NCBI GenBank assembly: GCA_030528705.1
Contig: JAUMYI010000001.1
Location: 1-46,284, forward strand
Length of the DNA stretch: 46,284 nt
DNA from: Comamonadaceae bacterium
GTDB lineage: Bacteria > Pseudomonadota > Gammaproteobacteria > Burkholderiales > Burkholderiaceae_C
Reading direction: 5' to 3'
Positions 7,811-18,129 of this stretch are shown in pieces (the stretch's first letter is position 1; each line of letters starts with the position of its first letter). Position numbers and translations under genes: made by a program. The notes under the pieces are model-generated. The model ran no database searches. It saw nothing but the letters and a program-made list of their open reading frames with translations, and was not told where the DNA came from.

Positions 7811-9819
7811 GGCTTCACCGCCGGCTCTGGGGCACTGGGCCTCACCTCAGCCGCCTCTGGAGCCAGGCTTGCGTCGTCCAGCACTGGCCCCAGCAGCGCA
7901 GGCCTGGCCTTTGGCCGCGCGGCAGAATAGGTTTGCAGCAAGGAGTTGGCGGCCCCGGCTAGGCGCTCGATGGTCTTGCGCAGCACTTCGTTGCGGGCAT
8001 TGCTTTGCAGACCGCGCTCCCAAATGGCAAGGGCCTGGCCCTGCCGCCCCAGTTGCCACAGCACTTCGCCCAGGTGCGCGGCAATTTCCGCATCCGGCTC
8101 GATGGCGAAGGCTTTTTGCAGCAGCTCCAAACTCTGTTCCAGATTGCCCTGGCGGTACTCCAGCCAGCCCAGGCTGTCGGTGATGTAGGGGCTGTCCGGC
8201 TCCAACTCCAGCGCCTTGGTGATGAGACGCCGCGCTTCGGCAAAGCGCACGCCCCGGTCGGCATAGGAGTAACCCAGGGCATTGAGGGCGTGGGCATGCT
8301 CGGGCGTGCGCGCCAGCAGGCTGCGCAGGCGCTTTTCCATCTCCTGTACACGGCCCAGGCGCTCGGCCATCAGGGCGTATTCGTAGAGCAGATCGTCGTT
8401 ATCGGGTTGCTGGCGCAGCATGGTCTGCAGCAAGGCGTAGGCCTGCTGATACTGACCGCCATCGCGCAGCAGCTGTACTTCAGCATGGGCTTTGAGCTGC
8501 TGCGTTTTCTCGTCCGGGGCGTCGATGGCGCCAATGACTTGGCGCGCCAGATCGAACTGCCCCTCCTCAGCCAGAATCTGCGCACGCTGGAGCTGCGCGC
8601 GCAGCAGCGTCTGGGGATTGGCGACTTTTTCCAGCGCGCGCTGCGCCTGCTCGTGCCGGCCTTGCAGATCGGCCATCTGCGCCCGCAGGATCTGCGCCTC
8701 ATCCAGGCCACGCTGGCGCAGTGCCGGCCTGGACACGGCATCCAGCGTTTTGACGAAGACATCCAGCGACTGCTCGGCCGCAGCGAACTCCCCCTGCGAG
8801 GCCTGCAGCGCGGCCTTGGCGATCCAGGCCTCAGGCATCTGCGGCTGCTTGAGCAGCAGACGCTCCAAAACTTGCAACGCCTGGATGTTTTCTTGCTGCG
8901 CCACCAACAGGCGCGCATAGGCCAGCAGAAAGGACGTTGCTGCCTGCTCCTGGTTGGCGTAGTCCTTGAGCAGCGCCTGCGCGCTTTTCTCGCCATGGGC
9001 GGCCAGCTCCAGGGCCAAAAAACCCAGGCCGCTGGCCTGGGGGTTGGCTGCATGCGCCTGGCTCAAGAGCTGCAATGCCTGCGGCACGTCCCCGGCCTGC
9101 AACTGCAGGCGCCCCAAGGCGGCCAAAGCATCGGCCCGCCAGGGCGAGTCGGGCTGGAGCTGATCTTCCAGCGCCGCCTGCACGACCCGCAGGGCCTGGC
9201 GCTTGTCCGGCACGCGCTGGTAGAGCAAGGCGATGGCCTGCAGGTTCTCTGCCATTTCGTCGGCCTGTGACAGGCGCAACTCTTGCTTGAGATGCCACTG
9301 GGTTTGCGGCACCTGGTTGAGCAGCACCAGCACCTGCAGCACAGCCTTGTTGGCTTCACGCGAGTGTGGCAGCGTTTTGTGCCAGCTCTCGGCCGCGCGC
9401 AAGGCCCTGCGGCCATCGCCGAGCTGGAAGGCAGACTGGATAGCGCGCTGGAACAGCTCGCCCTGGCGCCGCGTCTGCGCAGCATGCAGCAGCAACTCGT
9501 AGCTGGCTTGCCAATCGCCAGCTTGCCCCAGCAGCTCACCGACCAGGGTTTCGTAAAAGCTTTGCGCCATGGCCCGCGAGCTGAGCAATGGCTGAGGTTG
9601 CTCTTCTTGCACGGCAGTGTGCAGGCTCTGGGCCGGTGCATCGTGCACGGTGGCGGCCTGGCAACCGGCCGTCAGCACCGCTGCGGCCAGGCTGCTGGCC
9701 AGCAAGCCAGAGAGCCGGCTCGTCTGCGTGCGGCGGCCAAGCGGCACGGCCTTGGGCGGGCCGCTGCGGCCCGCGCCGAGACTGCGGACAGATTCTGAAC
9801 TTTGATCGTCTCTTTGCAT
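7807..9819 (-). CDS. Tetratricopeptide-repeat (lipo)protein
   Basis: C-terminal HALNALGYSYAD, YITDSLGWLEYR, EIAAHLGEVLW motifs typical of the TPR protein upstream of lolB; possible lipobox LTAGC. Start uncertain. Confidence 0.88.
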   Translation of the reverse strand: MQRDDQSSESVRSLGAGRSGPPKAVPLGRRTQTSRLSGLLASSLAAAVLTAGCQAATVHDAPAQSLHTAVQEEQPQPLLSSRAMAQSFYETLVGELLGQAGDWQASYELLLHAAQTRRQGELFQRAIQSAFQLGDGRRALRAAESWHKTLPHSREANKAVLQVLVLLNQVPQTQWHLKQELRLSQADEMAENLQAIALLYQRVPDKRQALRVVQAALEDQLQPDSPWRADALAALGRLQLQAGDVPQALQLLSQAHAANPQASGLGFLALELAAHGEKSAQALLKDYANQEQAATSFLLAYARLLVAQQENIQALQVLERLLLKQPQMPEAWIAKAALQASQGEFAAAEQSLDVFVKTLDAVSRPALRQRGLDEAQILRAQMADLQGRHEQAQRALEKVANPQTLLRAQLQRAQILAEEGQFDLARQVIGAIDAPDEKTQQLKAHAEVQLLRDGGQYQQAYALLQTMLRQQPDNDDLLYEYALMAERLGRVQEMEKRLRSLLARTPEHAHALNALGYSYADRGVRFAEARRLITKALELEPDSPYITDSLGWLEYRQGNLEQSLELLQKAFAIEPDAEIAAHLGEVLWQLGRQGQALAIWERGLQSNARNEVLRKTIERLAGAANSLLQTYSAARPKARPALLGPVLDDASLAPEAAEVRPSAPEPAVKP

Positions 9820-9880
9820 GGGACGATAATAATTCAATTGCCCGCAGCGCCTGGGTTGGCACTGCGGGCTTTGTCACGCC

Positions 9881-10696
9881 ATGCCAGAACTGCCTGAAGT
9901 CGAAGTCACCCGCCAGGGCATTGCCCCGGCCATCACCGGCCAGCGCATTGCCGCGTTGGTGCTGGGCAAGCCACTGCGTTGGCCGCTGGGCTGCGCGCCT
10001 GCGGCGCTGGCCGGGCGCACGGTGCAAGCCGTGCGCCGCCGGGGCAAGTACCTGCTGATCGAATTGGACGGCCCCGACCTGTTGCTGCTGCACCTGGGCA
10101 TGTCCGGCAGTGTGCGCATCCTGCCGCTGGGCACGCCCGCCGGGCCGCACGACCACGCCGATCTGGTGTTCGGTCATGCACTGCTGCGCCTGCACGATCC
10201 GCGCCGCTTTGGCGCCCTGGTGTATGCGCCCAGCGCGGACGCGCCCATCGTGCGCAAGCTGCTGGGCCGCCTGGGGGTGGAGCCGCTGTCGGAGAGCTTC
10301 ACCCCGGCGCATCTGGCGGCCGCGCTGCGCGGGCGGCGCATCAGCATCAAGCAGGCGCTGCTGGCCGGCCAGGCCGTGGTCGGCGTGGGCAACATCTACG
10401 CCAGCGAAGCCTTGTTTCTGGCCGGCATCGACCCGCACACGCCCGCCGGCCAACTGCGCCGCCCGCGGCTGGAGCGCCTGCACGCAGCGATTGTTCAGGT
10501 GCTCAGCGAAGCCGTGCAGCGCGGCGGCAGCAGCCTGCGCGATTTCGTCGCCAGCGACGGCAGCCACGGCCACTTCCAATTGGCCGCCCGTGTGTATGGC
10601 CGCCAGGGCCAACCCTGCCCGCGCTGCGGCGCGGCCATCCGGCTCAGCACGCAGGGCCAGCGCAGCACCTACCACTGCCCGCGCTGTCAGCGTTGA
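9881..10696 (+). CDS. mutM: Formamidopyrimidine-DNA glycosylase
   Basis: [36 protein letters not shown]-terminal zinc finger CPRC...CPRCQ. Confidence 0.98.
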   Translation: MPELPEVEVTRQGIAPAITGQRIAALVLGKPLRWPLGCAPAALAGRTVQAVRRRGKYLLIELDGPDLLLLHLGMSGSVRILPLGTPAGPHDHADLVFGHALLRLHDPRRFGALVYAPSADAPIVRKLLGRLGVEPLSESFTPAHLAAALRGRRISIKQALLAGQAVVGVGNIYASEALFLAGIDPHTPAGQLRRPRLERLHAAIVQVLSEAVQRGGSSLRDFVASDGSHGHFQLAARVYGRQGQPCPRCGAAIRLSTQGQRSTYHCPRCQR

Positions 10697-11342
10697 GTGC
10701 CTGGCCACGATCTGCGGCCTTGCGCACCGGCGCAAAACCCATGCGGTGCGCGCTGCAAGGGCCGTGCTGCTGCAAGGCCGCCAGGTGCAAGGCCGTGCCA
10801 TAGCCCTTGTGCTGCGCAAAGCCGTATTGCGGCCACTGCCGGTGCGCTTGCATGCACCAGGCATCGCGGTGCACCTTGGCCAGAATGGAGGCCGCCGAGA
10901 TGGCCTGCACCTTGGCATCGCCGCCCACCACCGCCACGGCATTCATCGGCAGGGCCGGCGTGCGGTTGCCATCGACCAGCACCAGCTGCGGCGCGATGGC
11001 CAGGCCGGCCACGGCGCGCTGCATGGCCAGCATGGTGGCCTGCAGGATGTTGAGCCGGTCGATTTCCTCCACGCTGGCCTGGGCTACGCAAAAGGCCAGA
11101 GCCCGGGCTTCGATGCTCTGGGCCAACTGCTCGCGCCGGCGCGCGCTCAAGCGTTTGGAGTCGGCCAGGCCGGCAATGGGCCGGGCCGCATCAAGAATCA
11201 CCGCCGCCGCAAAGACCGGGCCGGCCAGCGGCCCGCGCCCGGCCTCGTCCACCCCGGCCTGTAGCGCAGGCCCTTCGGGCGGCAGCGGCAGCTCGGCCTG
11301 GCGCAGGGCCGCTTCAGGCTTGCAGCAGTTGTTGGAGGACAT
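10644..11342 (-). CDS. rnhB: Ribonuclease HII
   Basis: [48 protein letters not shown]. Confidence 0.96.
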   Translation of the reverse strand: MSSNNCCKPEAALRQAELPLPPEGPALQAGVDEAGRGPLAGPVFAAAVILDAARPIAGLADSKRLSARRREQLAQSIEARALAFCVAQASVEEIDRLNILQATMLAMQRAVAGLAIAPQLVLVDGNRTPALPMNAVAVVGGDAKVQAISAASILAKVHRDAWCMQAHRQWPQYGFAQHKGYGTALHLAALQQHGPCSAHRMGFAPVRKAADRGQALNADSAGSGRCCAGPAC

Positions 11343-12519
11343 GGGCGCTCAAGGTGGCGGTGTCGGCCTGCAGCGACTGGTGCAATGCCGTCAAGGCTTG
11401 CTGCAACCGCTGCCAATCGGCATTACGCTGCAAGCTGGCGTGCAGCCATTGGGCGCATGCCTGGGCCAGTGCGGCCGGGGTGGCCGCTTCCTGCAGCAGC
11501 TCGGGCACCAGCTGCTGCTGCAGCAGGATATTGGGCAGGCCCACCCAGGGTTGCAGCTGCTTGCGCCGCATCAGCATCGCGCTGACCGGGTGCATGGCAT
11601 AGCTGATGACCATGGGCTTTTTGAACAGCGCAGCCTCCAGCGTGGCCGTGCCGCTGGCAATCAGCGTCACGTCACAGGCCTGCAACGCCAGATGCGATTG
11701 GCCGCTCAGCAGCCGCAGCCGCCCTTGCAACTGGCCCTGGCTTTGCACGATGGCCTGCACCCGCGCCAGCTGCGCCGGCACGCAGGGCAGGATCAGCTGC
11801 AGCCGGGGCTGCTCGGCCAGCAAACGCTGCGCAGCGGCGAGAAAGCGCGGCAGCAGGTAGTCGATCTCCTTGCTGCGGCTGCCTGGCAACAGTGCCAGCA
11901 CCGGATCGCCCAATTCCAATTGCAGCTGCTGGCGCGCCGCTGCGCTGGCCTGCTCGGCCTGCTGTGGCGATTGCAGGGCGATGGCCTGGGCCAGCGGGTG
12001 GCCGACGAAAGTCGCCGCGATGCCATGCTGGCGCAGCAGCGCGGGCTCGAAGGGGAACAGGCACAGCACATGGCTGGCGGCGCGGCGGATGGCGTGCACG
12101 CGCTCGGGGCGCCAGGCCCAGATGGACGGGCAGACGAAATGCACGGTGGGGATGCCGGCCGCGCGCAGGCGCTGCTCCAGGCCCAGGTTGAAATCCGGCG
12201 CGTCCACGCCCACGAACACATCCGGGCGCTGCGCCAGCAAGCTCTCGCCCAGTTGGCGGCGAATGCGCAGCAGGCCTGCCACGCGCTTGAGCACCTCCCA
12301 GCTGTAGCCGTGCACGGCCAGCCGCTCGGCCGGCCATTGCGCTTCAAAGCCCTGCGCCTGCATGTGCGGCCCGCCGATGCCCCAGCTGCGCAGGGCCGGC
12401 CACAGCGCCGGCACGTGCGCCTGCATGCCTTGCAGCAGCAGCGCGGCCAGCAAGTCGCCCGAGGCCTCGCCCGCCACCATGGCCAGGCGCAGCGGCGCGG
12501 AGGCAGGGCTGGGGCTCAA
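11314..12519 (-). CDS. lpxB: Lipid-A-disaccharide synthase
   Basis: [49 protein letters not shown]. Confidence 0.97.
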   Translation of the reverse strand: MSPSPASAPLRLAMVAGEASGDLLAALLLQGMQAHVPALWPALRSWGIGGPHMQAQGFEAQWPAERLAVHGYSWEVLKRVAGLLRIRRQLGESLLAQRPDVFVGVDAPDFNLGLEQRLRAAGIPTVHFVCPSIWAWRPERVHAIRRAASHVLCLFPFEPALLRQHGIAATFVGHPLAQAIALQSPQQAEQASAAARQQLQLELGDPVLALLPGSRSKEIDYLLPRFLAAAQRLLAEQPRLQLILPCVPAQLARVQAIVQSQGQLQGRLRLLSGQSHLALQACDVTLIASGTATLEAALFKKPMVISYAMHPVSAMLMRRKQLQPWVGLPNILLQQQLVPELLQEAATPAALAQACAQWLHASLQRNADWQRLQQALTALHQSLQADTATLSAHVLQQLLQA

Positions 12520-13316
12520 CGCGCGATGCCCCGCTGGGCCTGCTGCAGGAACATCAGCATGCCCAGCAGCTCCTCCCAGCCATCGCCCTGCACGGCACGG
12601 GTTTGCAAGTCCTGCAATTGCACGCAGGCGTCCTGCAAGGTGCGGCCCTCGCGGAACACGATGCGATAGGCGCTTTTGAGCGCCGCAATCTGGTTGGCGT
12701 TGAACTGGCGCCGGCGCAGACCCTCGATGTTCAGGCCGCGCACGGCAAACGGGTTGCCGCCGGCGAGCACGTAAGGGGGCACGTCTTGCGAGACGTGGCT
12801 GGAAAAGCCGATCATGGCGTGCGCCCCGATGCGCGTGAACTGGTGCACGCCCGTCAAGCCACCCAAAATGGCCCAGTCGCCCACGTGCACATGGCCGGCC
12901 AGCGCCACGCTGTTGGCCATGACGGTGTGGCTGCCGACCTGGCAGTCGTGCGCGATGTGCGCGTAGGCCATGATCCAGTTCTCATCACCCAGGCGGGTGA
13001 CGCCGCCGCCCTGCACCGTGCCGGTGTTGATGGTGGTGAACTCACGGATGGTGTTGCCATCGCCAATGTGCAGCTCGGTGGGCTCGCCCGCGTATTTTTT
13101 GTCCTGCGGCGGGCCGCCGATGCTGGCGTGCGCATGGATGGTGTTGCGCGCGCCGATACGGGTGCGGCCGTCGATGACGCAATGCGCGCCAATGCACGTG
13201 TCCGCGCCGATGCTCACATGCTCGCCGACCACGGCATAGGGGCCGATGCGCACGCTCGGGTGCAGCTGAGCGCCTGCATGCACGATGGCGCTGGGGTGGA
13301 TCAGGGAGTCAGCCAT
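12516..13316 (-). CDS. lpxA: UDP-N-acetylglucosamine acyltransferase
   Basis: IHPSAIV hexapeptide repeats, PQDKKY, IREFTTIN.GT, HIAHDC, HQF; ATG 13316. Confidence 0.97.
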   Translation of the reverse strand: MADSLIHPSAIVHAGAQLHPSVRIGPYAVVGEHVSIGADTCIGAHCVIDGRTRIGARNTIHAHASIGGPPQDKKYAGEPTELHIGDGNTIREFTTINTGTVQGGGVTRLGDENWIMAYAHIAHDCQVGSHTVMANSVALAGHVHVGDWAILGGLTGVHQFTRIGAHAMIGFSSHVSQDVPPYVLAGGNPFAVRGLNIEGLRRRQFNANQIAALKSAYRIVFREGRTLQDACVQLQDLQTRAVQGDGWEELLGMLMFLQQAQRGIAR

Positions 13317-13481
13317 AGAGGATTCGCGTTGCAGGCAAACCAAATGCGCGGCGCGGGCGTCCTGAGAGCCTGCTTGCGATCTCTGTCCGGCGGGCATCAG
13401 TCTGCTTGGACGCAGTCGGCGGCGTTGCCAAGCCCTGCCGATCACCCGCCACGCTGGCGCCGCGCTCTGCCATCAACTCCA

Positions 13482-13937
13482 TCAGCCGCGCTCGACCGGG
13501 CGCATGGTGCACATCAGGTCGGCTTCGGCCACGACCTGGCCGTCAACCTTGGCCACGCCTTTGTACTTGTAAATGCCGCCGCGCACGCGGTCGATGCTGG
13601 CCTCCAGCACGAGCTGGTCGCCCGGCACCACCGGCCGCTTGAAGCGCGCATTGTCGATGCCGACGAAATAAAACACCTTGTCCTCGCCCGGCGCCTCGCC
13701 ATAGGTCTCGAAGGACAGCAACCCAGCCGCCTGGGCCAAGGCTTCGAGCACCAGCACCCCAGGCATGACGGGGTTTTTAGGGAAGTGGCCGTTGAAAAAG
13801 GGCTCGTTGACGGTCACGTTCTTGTACGCAACGATGCGCTCGCCCAAGTGAATTTCCGTCACCCGATCCACCAGCAAGAAAGGGTAGCGGTGCGGCAGAA
13901 GTTCGAAGATCTTGTGAATGTTCATGATGGTCGTCAT
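13482..13937 (-). CDS. fabZ: 3-hydroxyacyl-ACP dehydratase
   Basis: [52 protein letters not shown]. Confidence 0.97.
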   Translation of the reverse strand: MTTIMNIHKIFELLPHRYPFLLVDRVTEIHLGERIVAYKNVTVNEPFFNGHFPKNPVMPGVLVLEALAQAAGLLSFETYGEAPGEDKVFYFVGIDNARFKRPVVPGDQLVLEASIDRVRGGIYKYKGVAKVDGQVVAEADLMCTMRPVERG

Positions 13938-14956
13938 GCCGATGTGTGTGGCGACTGCCCGCCTTGCAGGGCCGCCAGTTCTTTTTCCAGCGCCTTGATG
14001 CGCTCGCGCATTTTTTTGAGCTGGCGCAGCAGGGCCGCATTTTGTTCCCATTTTGCGTGAGGCTCGAACGGATAAACCCCGGTATAGCGGCCCGGCTCAG
14101 TCAGCGAGCGCGAAATGACGGTCGCCCCCGAGACATGGGTGTTGTCGGCCAACTCGATATGCCCGACCACCCCCACGCCCCCGGCCAGGGTGCAATGGGC
14201 CCCGATCTTGGTGCTGCCCGAGATGCCCACGCAGGCGGCCATGGCCGTGTGCTCGCCGACCTGCACGTTGTGCGCGATCTGAATCAGGTTGTCGAGCTTG
14301 ACGCCGTTGGCAATCACGGTGTCGCCCAAAGCGCCGCGGTCGATGCAGGTGTTGGCGCCGATTTCCACATCATCGCCAATGCGTACCGCGCCCAGCTGTT
14401 CGATCTTGACCCAGACTTTGCCACCAGGGGCCGGGGCTTGCGCAAAGCCAAAACCATCGCCGCCAATCACTGCGCCGGACTGCACGATGCAGCGCGCGCC
14501 AATCTCGCAGTTGCGCTCAATCGTCACGCGCGCGCCGATGCGGCTGTGCGCGCCAATGCGCACGCCCGGGCCGATCACCGTCAATGGGCCAATGCTGGCC
14601 GTGGCATCAATCTGCGCCGAAGGGTCAACCACCGCGCTGGGATGGATGCCCGGCGCGGGCAGATCGCCCAGCCGCTGGCGCCACCATTGCGTCAGGCGCG
14701 CGAAATACAGGTAGGGGTCGTCAGCCACGATGCAAGCCCCGCGCGCCTGGGCCTGCTCGGCATGGGCGGCCTGCACGATCACGCAGGCCGCCTGGCTGGC
14801 CTGCAGCAAGGGCAGCAGGCGCGGATTGCTCAAAAAGCTGATCTGCGTCGGCCCTGCCGACTCCAGCGCCGCAATGGCCGTGATCGGCGTTGCGGCATCG
14901 CCATGCAACTGCCCGCCCAGTGCCGCGCAAATTTCTCCAAGCGTTGCCGCTGTCAC
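13934..14956 (-). CDS. lpxD: UDP-3-O-acyl-glucosamine N-acyltransferase
   Basis: [46 protein letters not shown]; probable GTG start at 14956. Confidence 0.96.
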   Translation of the reverse strand: MTAATLGEICAALGGQLHGDAATPITAIAALESAGPTQISFLSNPRLLPLLQASQAACVIVQAAHAEQAQARGACIVADDPYLYFARLTQWWRQRLGDLPAPGIHPSAVVDPSAQIDATASIGPLTVIGPGVRIGAHSRIGARVTIERNCEIGARCIVQSGAVIGGDGFGFAQAPAPGGKVWVKIEQLGAVRIGDDVEIGANTCIDRGALGDTVIANGVKLDNLIQIAHNVQVGEHTAMAACVGISGSTKIGAHCTLAGGVGVVGHIELADNTHVSGATVISRSLTEPGRYTGVYPFEPHAKWEQNAALLRQLKKMRERIKALEKELAALQGGQSPHTSA

Positions 14957-15247
14957 ACGTCCGTTCCTGTATGAAAAGTCCCGCCTTGCCTGCACAGCGC
15001 CTGGCACGCAGGCATTGGCGAAAAGCGCGTCAGGCCTGGCCCGCCGGCAAGCGTCAGGGGCAGCCAATCCAAAGAGACGCCGCATTGCAGATGCCGCGCG
15101 GGCCTCCATGCGGCAAAGCTGCCGCCGCCCAGCGCAAGCGGGCGCATCAAACCCCGCCTCTACACGGCAGCAGGGCTACGGGCTGCGCCGCTTGCCAGCG
15201 CGCTCCGAAGCCCTGCTCCTCTACGCTCTCACGGTTTGTGCCAAACC

Positions 15248-15760
15248 TTAGCGGCTGCCGTTGAGCGCGCGGATGACCTTGTCGGTGATGTCGTGCTGCG
15301 GGCTGACCCAGACAGCCTCCTGCAAGATCACGTCGTATTTCTCGCTTTCGGCCACTTGCTGCACCACGGCGTTGGCGCGTTCGAGCACCTTGGCCAATTC
15401 CTCGGTCTTGCGTGCGGCCAGGTCTTCCTGGAATTCGCGGCGCTTGCGCTGGAATTCGCGATCTTGCTCCATCAGCTGGCGCTGGCGCTGGGTGCGCTGG
15501 CTTTCCGAGAGAGTGGCGGCCTCGCGCTCGAATCGCTCGGACGCCGCCTGCAGGCTATTGCCGAGGTTGACGATCTCTTTTTCGCGGCGCGAGAACTCCT
15601 GCTCCAGGCGCTGCTGGGCGCTTTTGGCCATGTTGGCGTCGCGCAGGATGCGGTCGGTGTTGACGAAGCCAGCCTTGAAGCTTTGCGCCATGGCAGGCGC
15701 ACAGGCCAGGGCCGCAGCCACAACGACAGCGGAGGAGAGTTTGGAGGTCAATGCTTTCAT
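15248..15760 (-). CDS. skp: OmpH/Skp periplasmic chaperone
   Basis: Signal peptide, K.GFVNTDRI, LEQEF, coiled coil, DITDKVI; position between bamA and lpxD. Confidence 0.95.
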   Translation of the reverse strand: MKALTSKLSSAVVVAAALACAPAMAQSFKAGFVNTDRILRDANMAKSAQQRLEQEFSRREKEIVNLGNSLQAASERFEREAATLSESQRTQRQRQLMEQDREFQRKRREFQEDLAARKTEELAKVLERANAVVQQVAESEKYDVILQEAVWVSPQHDITDKVIRALNGSR

Positions 15761-15784
15761 GACAGACGCTTTGAAGACAAGGGA

Positions 15785-18079
15785 TTAAAAGGAAGTCCCG
15801 ATCTGGAACTGAATCTCTTCGATTCTATCGCCAGCTTTCTTGCGAATCGGATGGGCGTAGGCAATGCGCAGCGGGCCCACGGGTGAAATCCAGCTCAGGC
15901 CCAGGCCAGTGGAAGCGCGCAGGTCGGAGAAGCTGACTTTCTCGTGCTCGCCAAACACGTTGCCGGCATCGACGAAGGCAAACACGCGCAGCGTGCGATC
16001 GTTACCGGCGCCCGGGAAGGGCGTGATGAACTCGACGTTCATGTTGACCTTCTTGGCGCCGCCCAACGATGCGCCGATCAGATCGCGCGGGCCCAGCGTG
16101 CCCTGCTCAAAGCCACGCACTGAGCCCAGACCGCCCGAATAGAAATTCTTGAAGACCGGGAAAGGCTGGCCGCTGAAGCCCTTGCCCCAGCCCAGCTCGC
16201 CATTGAAGGCCAGGGTGTAGCGCTTGCTCAGCGGCAGGTACTGCTGGTACTGGTAGTTGCTCTTCAGATAGCGCGCGTCGCCCGCGAAGGACCATTCGCT
16301 GTTGAAGCGCTGGTAACGCCCCTCGTTGGGCGCCAGGGCACTGTCGCGGCTGTCGCGCGACCAGCCGATGGTGAAGGGCACCGAAGTGCTGCTGTAGCCA
16401 AAGGTGTCGGCGTAGTGCAGATAGGCCGCAGGAATGGCGGTGCCGGGCTTGATGCGGTTGCGCTCCATGCCCAGGCCGAAGTAAACGGTGTCGATCTCGC
16501 TGAAGGGCACGCCAAAGCGCAGTGCGCCGCCATAGGTGACCAGCGAGTAGTTGCCGCCCATGCGGTCGTAGGGCTTGTCGGTGCGGTAATAGGCATCGAG
16601 CGTGCGCGACACGCCCGACTGCGTGAAGTACGGATCGGTGGTGCTGAACACCAGCGTGCGGTTGTATTTGCTGGTGTTCAGATCCACGCCCAGGTAATGG
16701 CCCGAGCCCATGAAATTCTCCTGCTTGAGCGCAAAGGAGAACGAGAGCTTGTCGGCGCTGGAAAAGCCCGCGCCAATCTGCACCGAGCCGGTGGGCTTTT
16801 CGGCCACGGTGATCTGCAGATCAACCTGGTCGGGCACGCCGGGCACTTCCTGGGTTTCGACTTCGACCTGGGTGAAATAGCCCAGCCGATCCACGCGGTC
16901 GCGCGAGAGGCGAATCTTCTCGCCGTCGTACCAGGAGGCCTCGTACTGGCGGAACTCGCGGCGGATGACTTCATCGCGCGTGCGCGTGTTGCCGGTGACG
17001 TTGATGCGCCGCACGTACACGCGCGCCTGCGGCTCCGAGCGCAGCACGATGGCCACGGTGTTGCGCTCGCGGTCGATCTCAGGCTGGGCCTGCACACGCG
17101 CAAAGGCATAGCCATAGTTGCCGAAATGCTCGGTGAAAGCCTCGCGGGTGTTGCTCACCTCCTCCTCATTGAAGGGCTGGCCGGGGCGGATCTGCACCAG
17201 CGATTTGAACTCGTCATCGCGCCCCAGGTAGTCGCCCTCCAGGCGCACGCCGGAGACGGCAAAGCGCTCGCCCTCGTGCACGTTGATGGTGATGGAGATG
17301 CTTTGCTTGTCCGGCGAGATCGCCACCTGCGTGGAGTCGATGCGGAAATCCAGGTAGCCGCGTTGCAGGTAGTGCGAGCGCACGGTCTCCAAATCGGCAT
17401 TGAGCTTGGCGCGCGAATAGCGGTTGGACTTGGTGTACCAGCTCAACCAGCCGCCAGTGTCCTGATCCATCAAGCCCTTGAGGGCGGATTCGCTGAAGGC
17501 CTTGTTGCCGGTGAAGCGGATGTCGCCGATCTTGGCCACGCCGCCCTCGGTGACGGTGAACACCAGATTGACGCGGTTGCGATCCACCGGCGTGACGGTG
17601 GTCACGACCTGCGCGCCGTAATAGCTGCGCGAGAGGTATTGGCGCACCAGCTCCTGCTCGGCGCGATCGGCCAGCGAGCGGTCGAAGGGGCGGCCTTCTG
17701 CCAGGCCCACGTCGCGCATGGCGTTGACCAGCGCCTCGCGATCGAATTCGCGCGTGCCGGCGAACTCCACACTGCCGATCACCGGGCGCTCCTGCACCAC
17801 GACCACCAGCACATTGCCATCGGCCTCGATGCGCACGTCATTGAACAGGCCCAGGGCAAACAACGCGCGGATCGAGTCCGAAGCTTTGTCGTCCGTGTAC
17901 TGATCGCCCACGCGGATCGGCAGCGAGGCAAAGACCGTGCCTGGCTCAACGCGCTGCAGCCCTTCGACGCGGATGTCGCGCACCGTAAATGGTTCGATGG
18001 CCCACAGCGGCAGGCTGCAGGCGCAGGCGGTCACGGCCGCTGCCGCGCGCATGCAAAAACGTTTTAGCAAGTGGTTCAT
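15785..18079 (-). CDS. bamA: Outer membrane protein assembly factor BamA
   Basis: F.V.DIRVEGLQRV POTRA start, GN.RTRDEVIRRE, GG.GSVRGF, C-terminal FQIGTSF. Confidence 0.98.
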   Translation of the reverse strand: MNHLLKRFCMRAAAAVTACACSLPLWAIEPFTVRDIRVEGLQRVEPGTVFASLPIRVGDQYTDDKASDSIRALFALGLFNDVRIEADGNVLVVVVQERPVIGSVEFAGTREFDREALVNAMRDVGLAEGRPFDRSLADRAEQELVRQYLSRSYYGAQVVTTVTPVDRNRVNLVFTVTEGGVAKIGDIRFTGNKAFSESALKGLMDQDTGGWLSWYTKSNRYSRAKLNADLETVRSHYLQRGYLDFRIDSTQVAISPDKQSISITINVHEGERFAVSGVRLEGDYLGRDDEFKSLVQIRPGQPFNEEEVSNTREAFTEHFGNYGYAFARVQAQPEIDRERNTVAIVLRSEPQARVYVRRINVTGNTRTRDEVIRREFRQYEASWYDGEKIRLSRDRVDRLGYFTQVEVETQEVPGVPDQVDLQITVAEKPTGSVQIGAGFSSADKLSFSFALKQENFMGSGHYLGVDLNTSKYNRTLVFSTTDPYFTQSGVSRTLDAYYRTDKPYDRMGGNYSLVTYGGALRFGVPFSEIDTVYFGLGMERNRIKPGTAIPAAYLHYADTFGYSSTSVPFTIGWSRDSRDSALAPNEGRYQRFNSEWSFAGDARYLKSNYQYQQYLPLSKRYTLAFNGELGWGKGFSGQPFPVFKNFYSGGLGSVRGFEQGTLGPRDLIGASLGGAKKVNMNVEFITPFPGAGNDRTLRVFAFVDAGNVFGEHEKVSFSDLRASTGLGLSWISPVGPLRIAYAHPIRKKAGDRIEEIQFQIGTSF

Positions 18080-18129
18080 GGGTTCCATCAAGCGCACGCA
18101 GCAGCAGCGCCTGTGCTGTGCAGTGCCAA

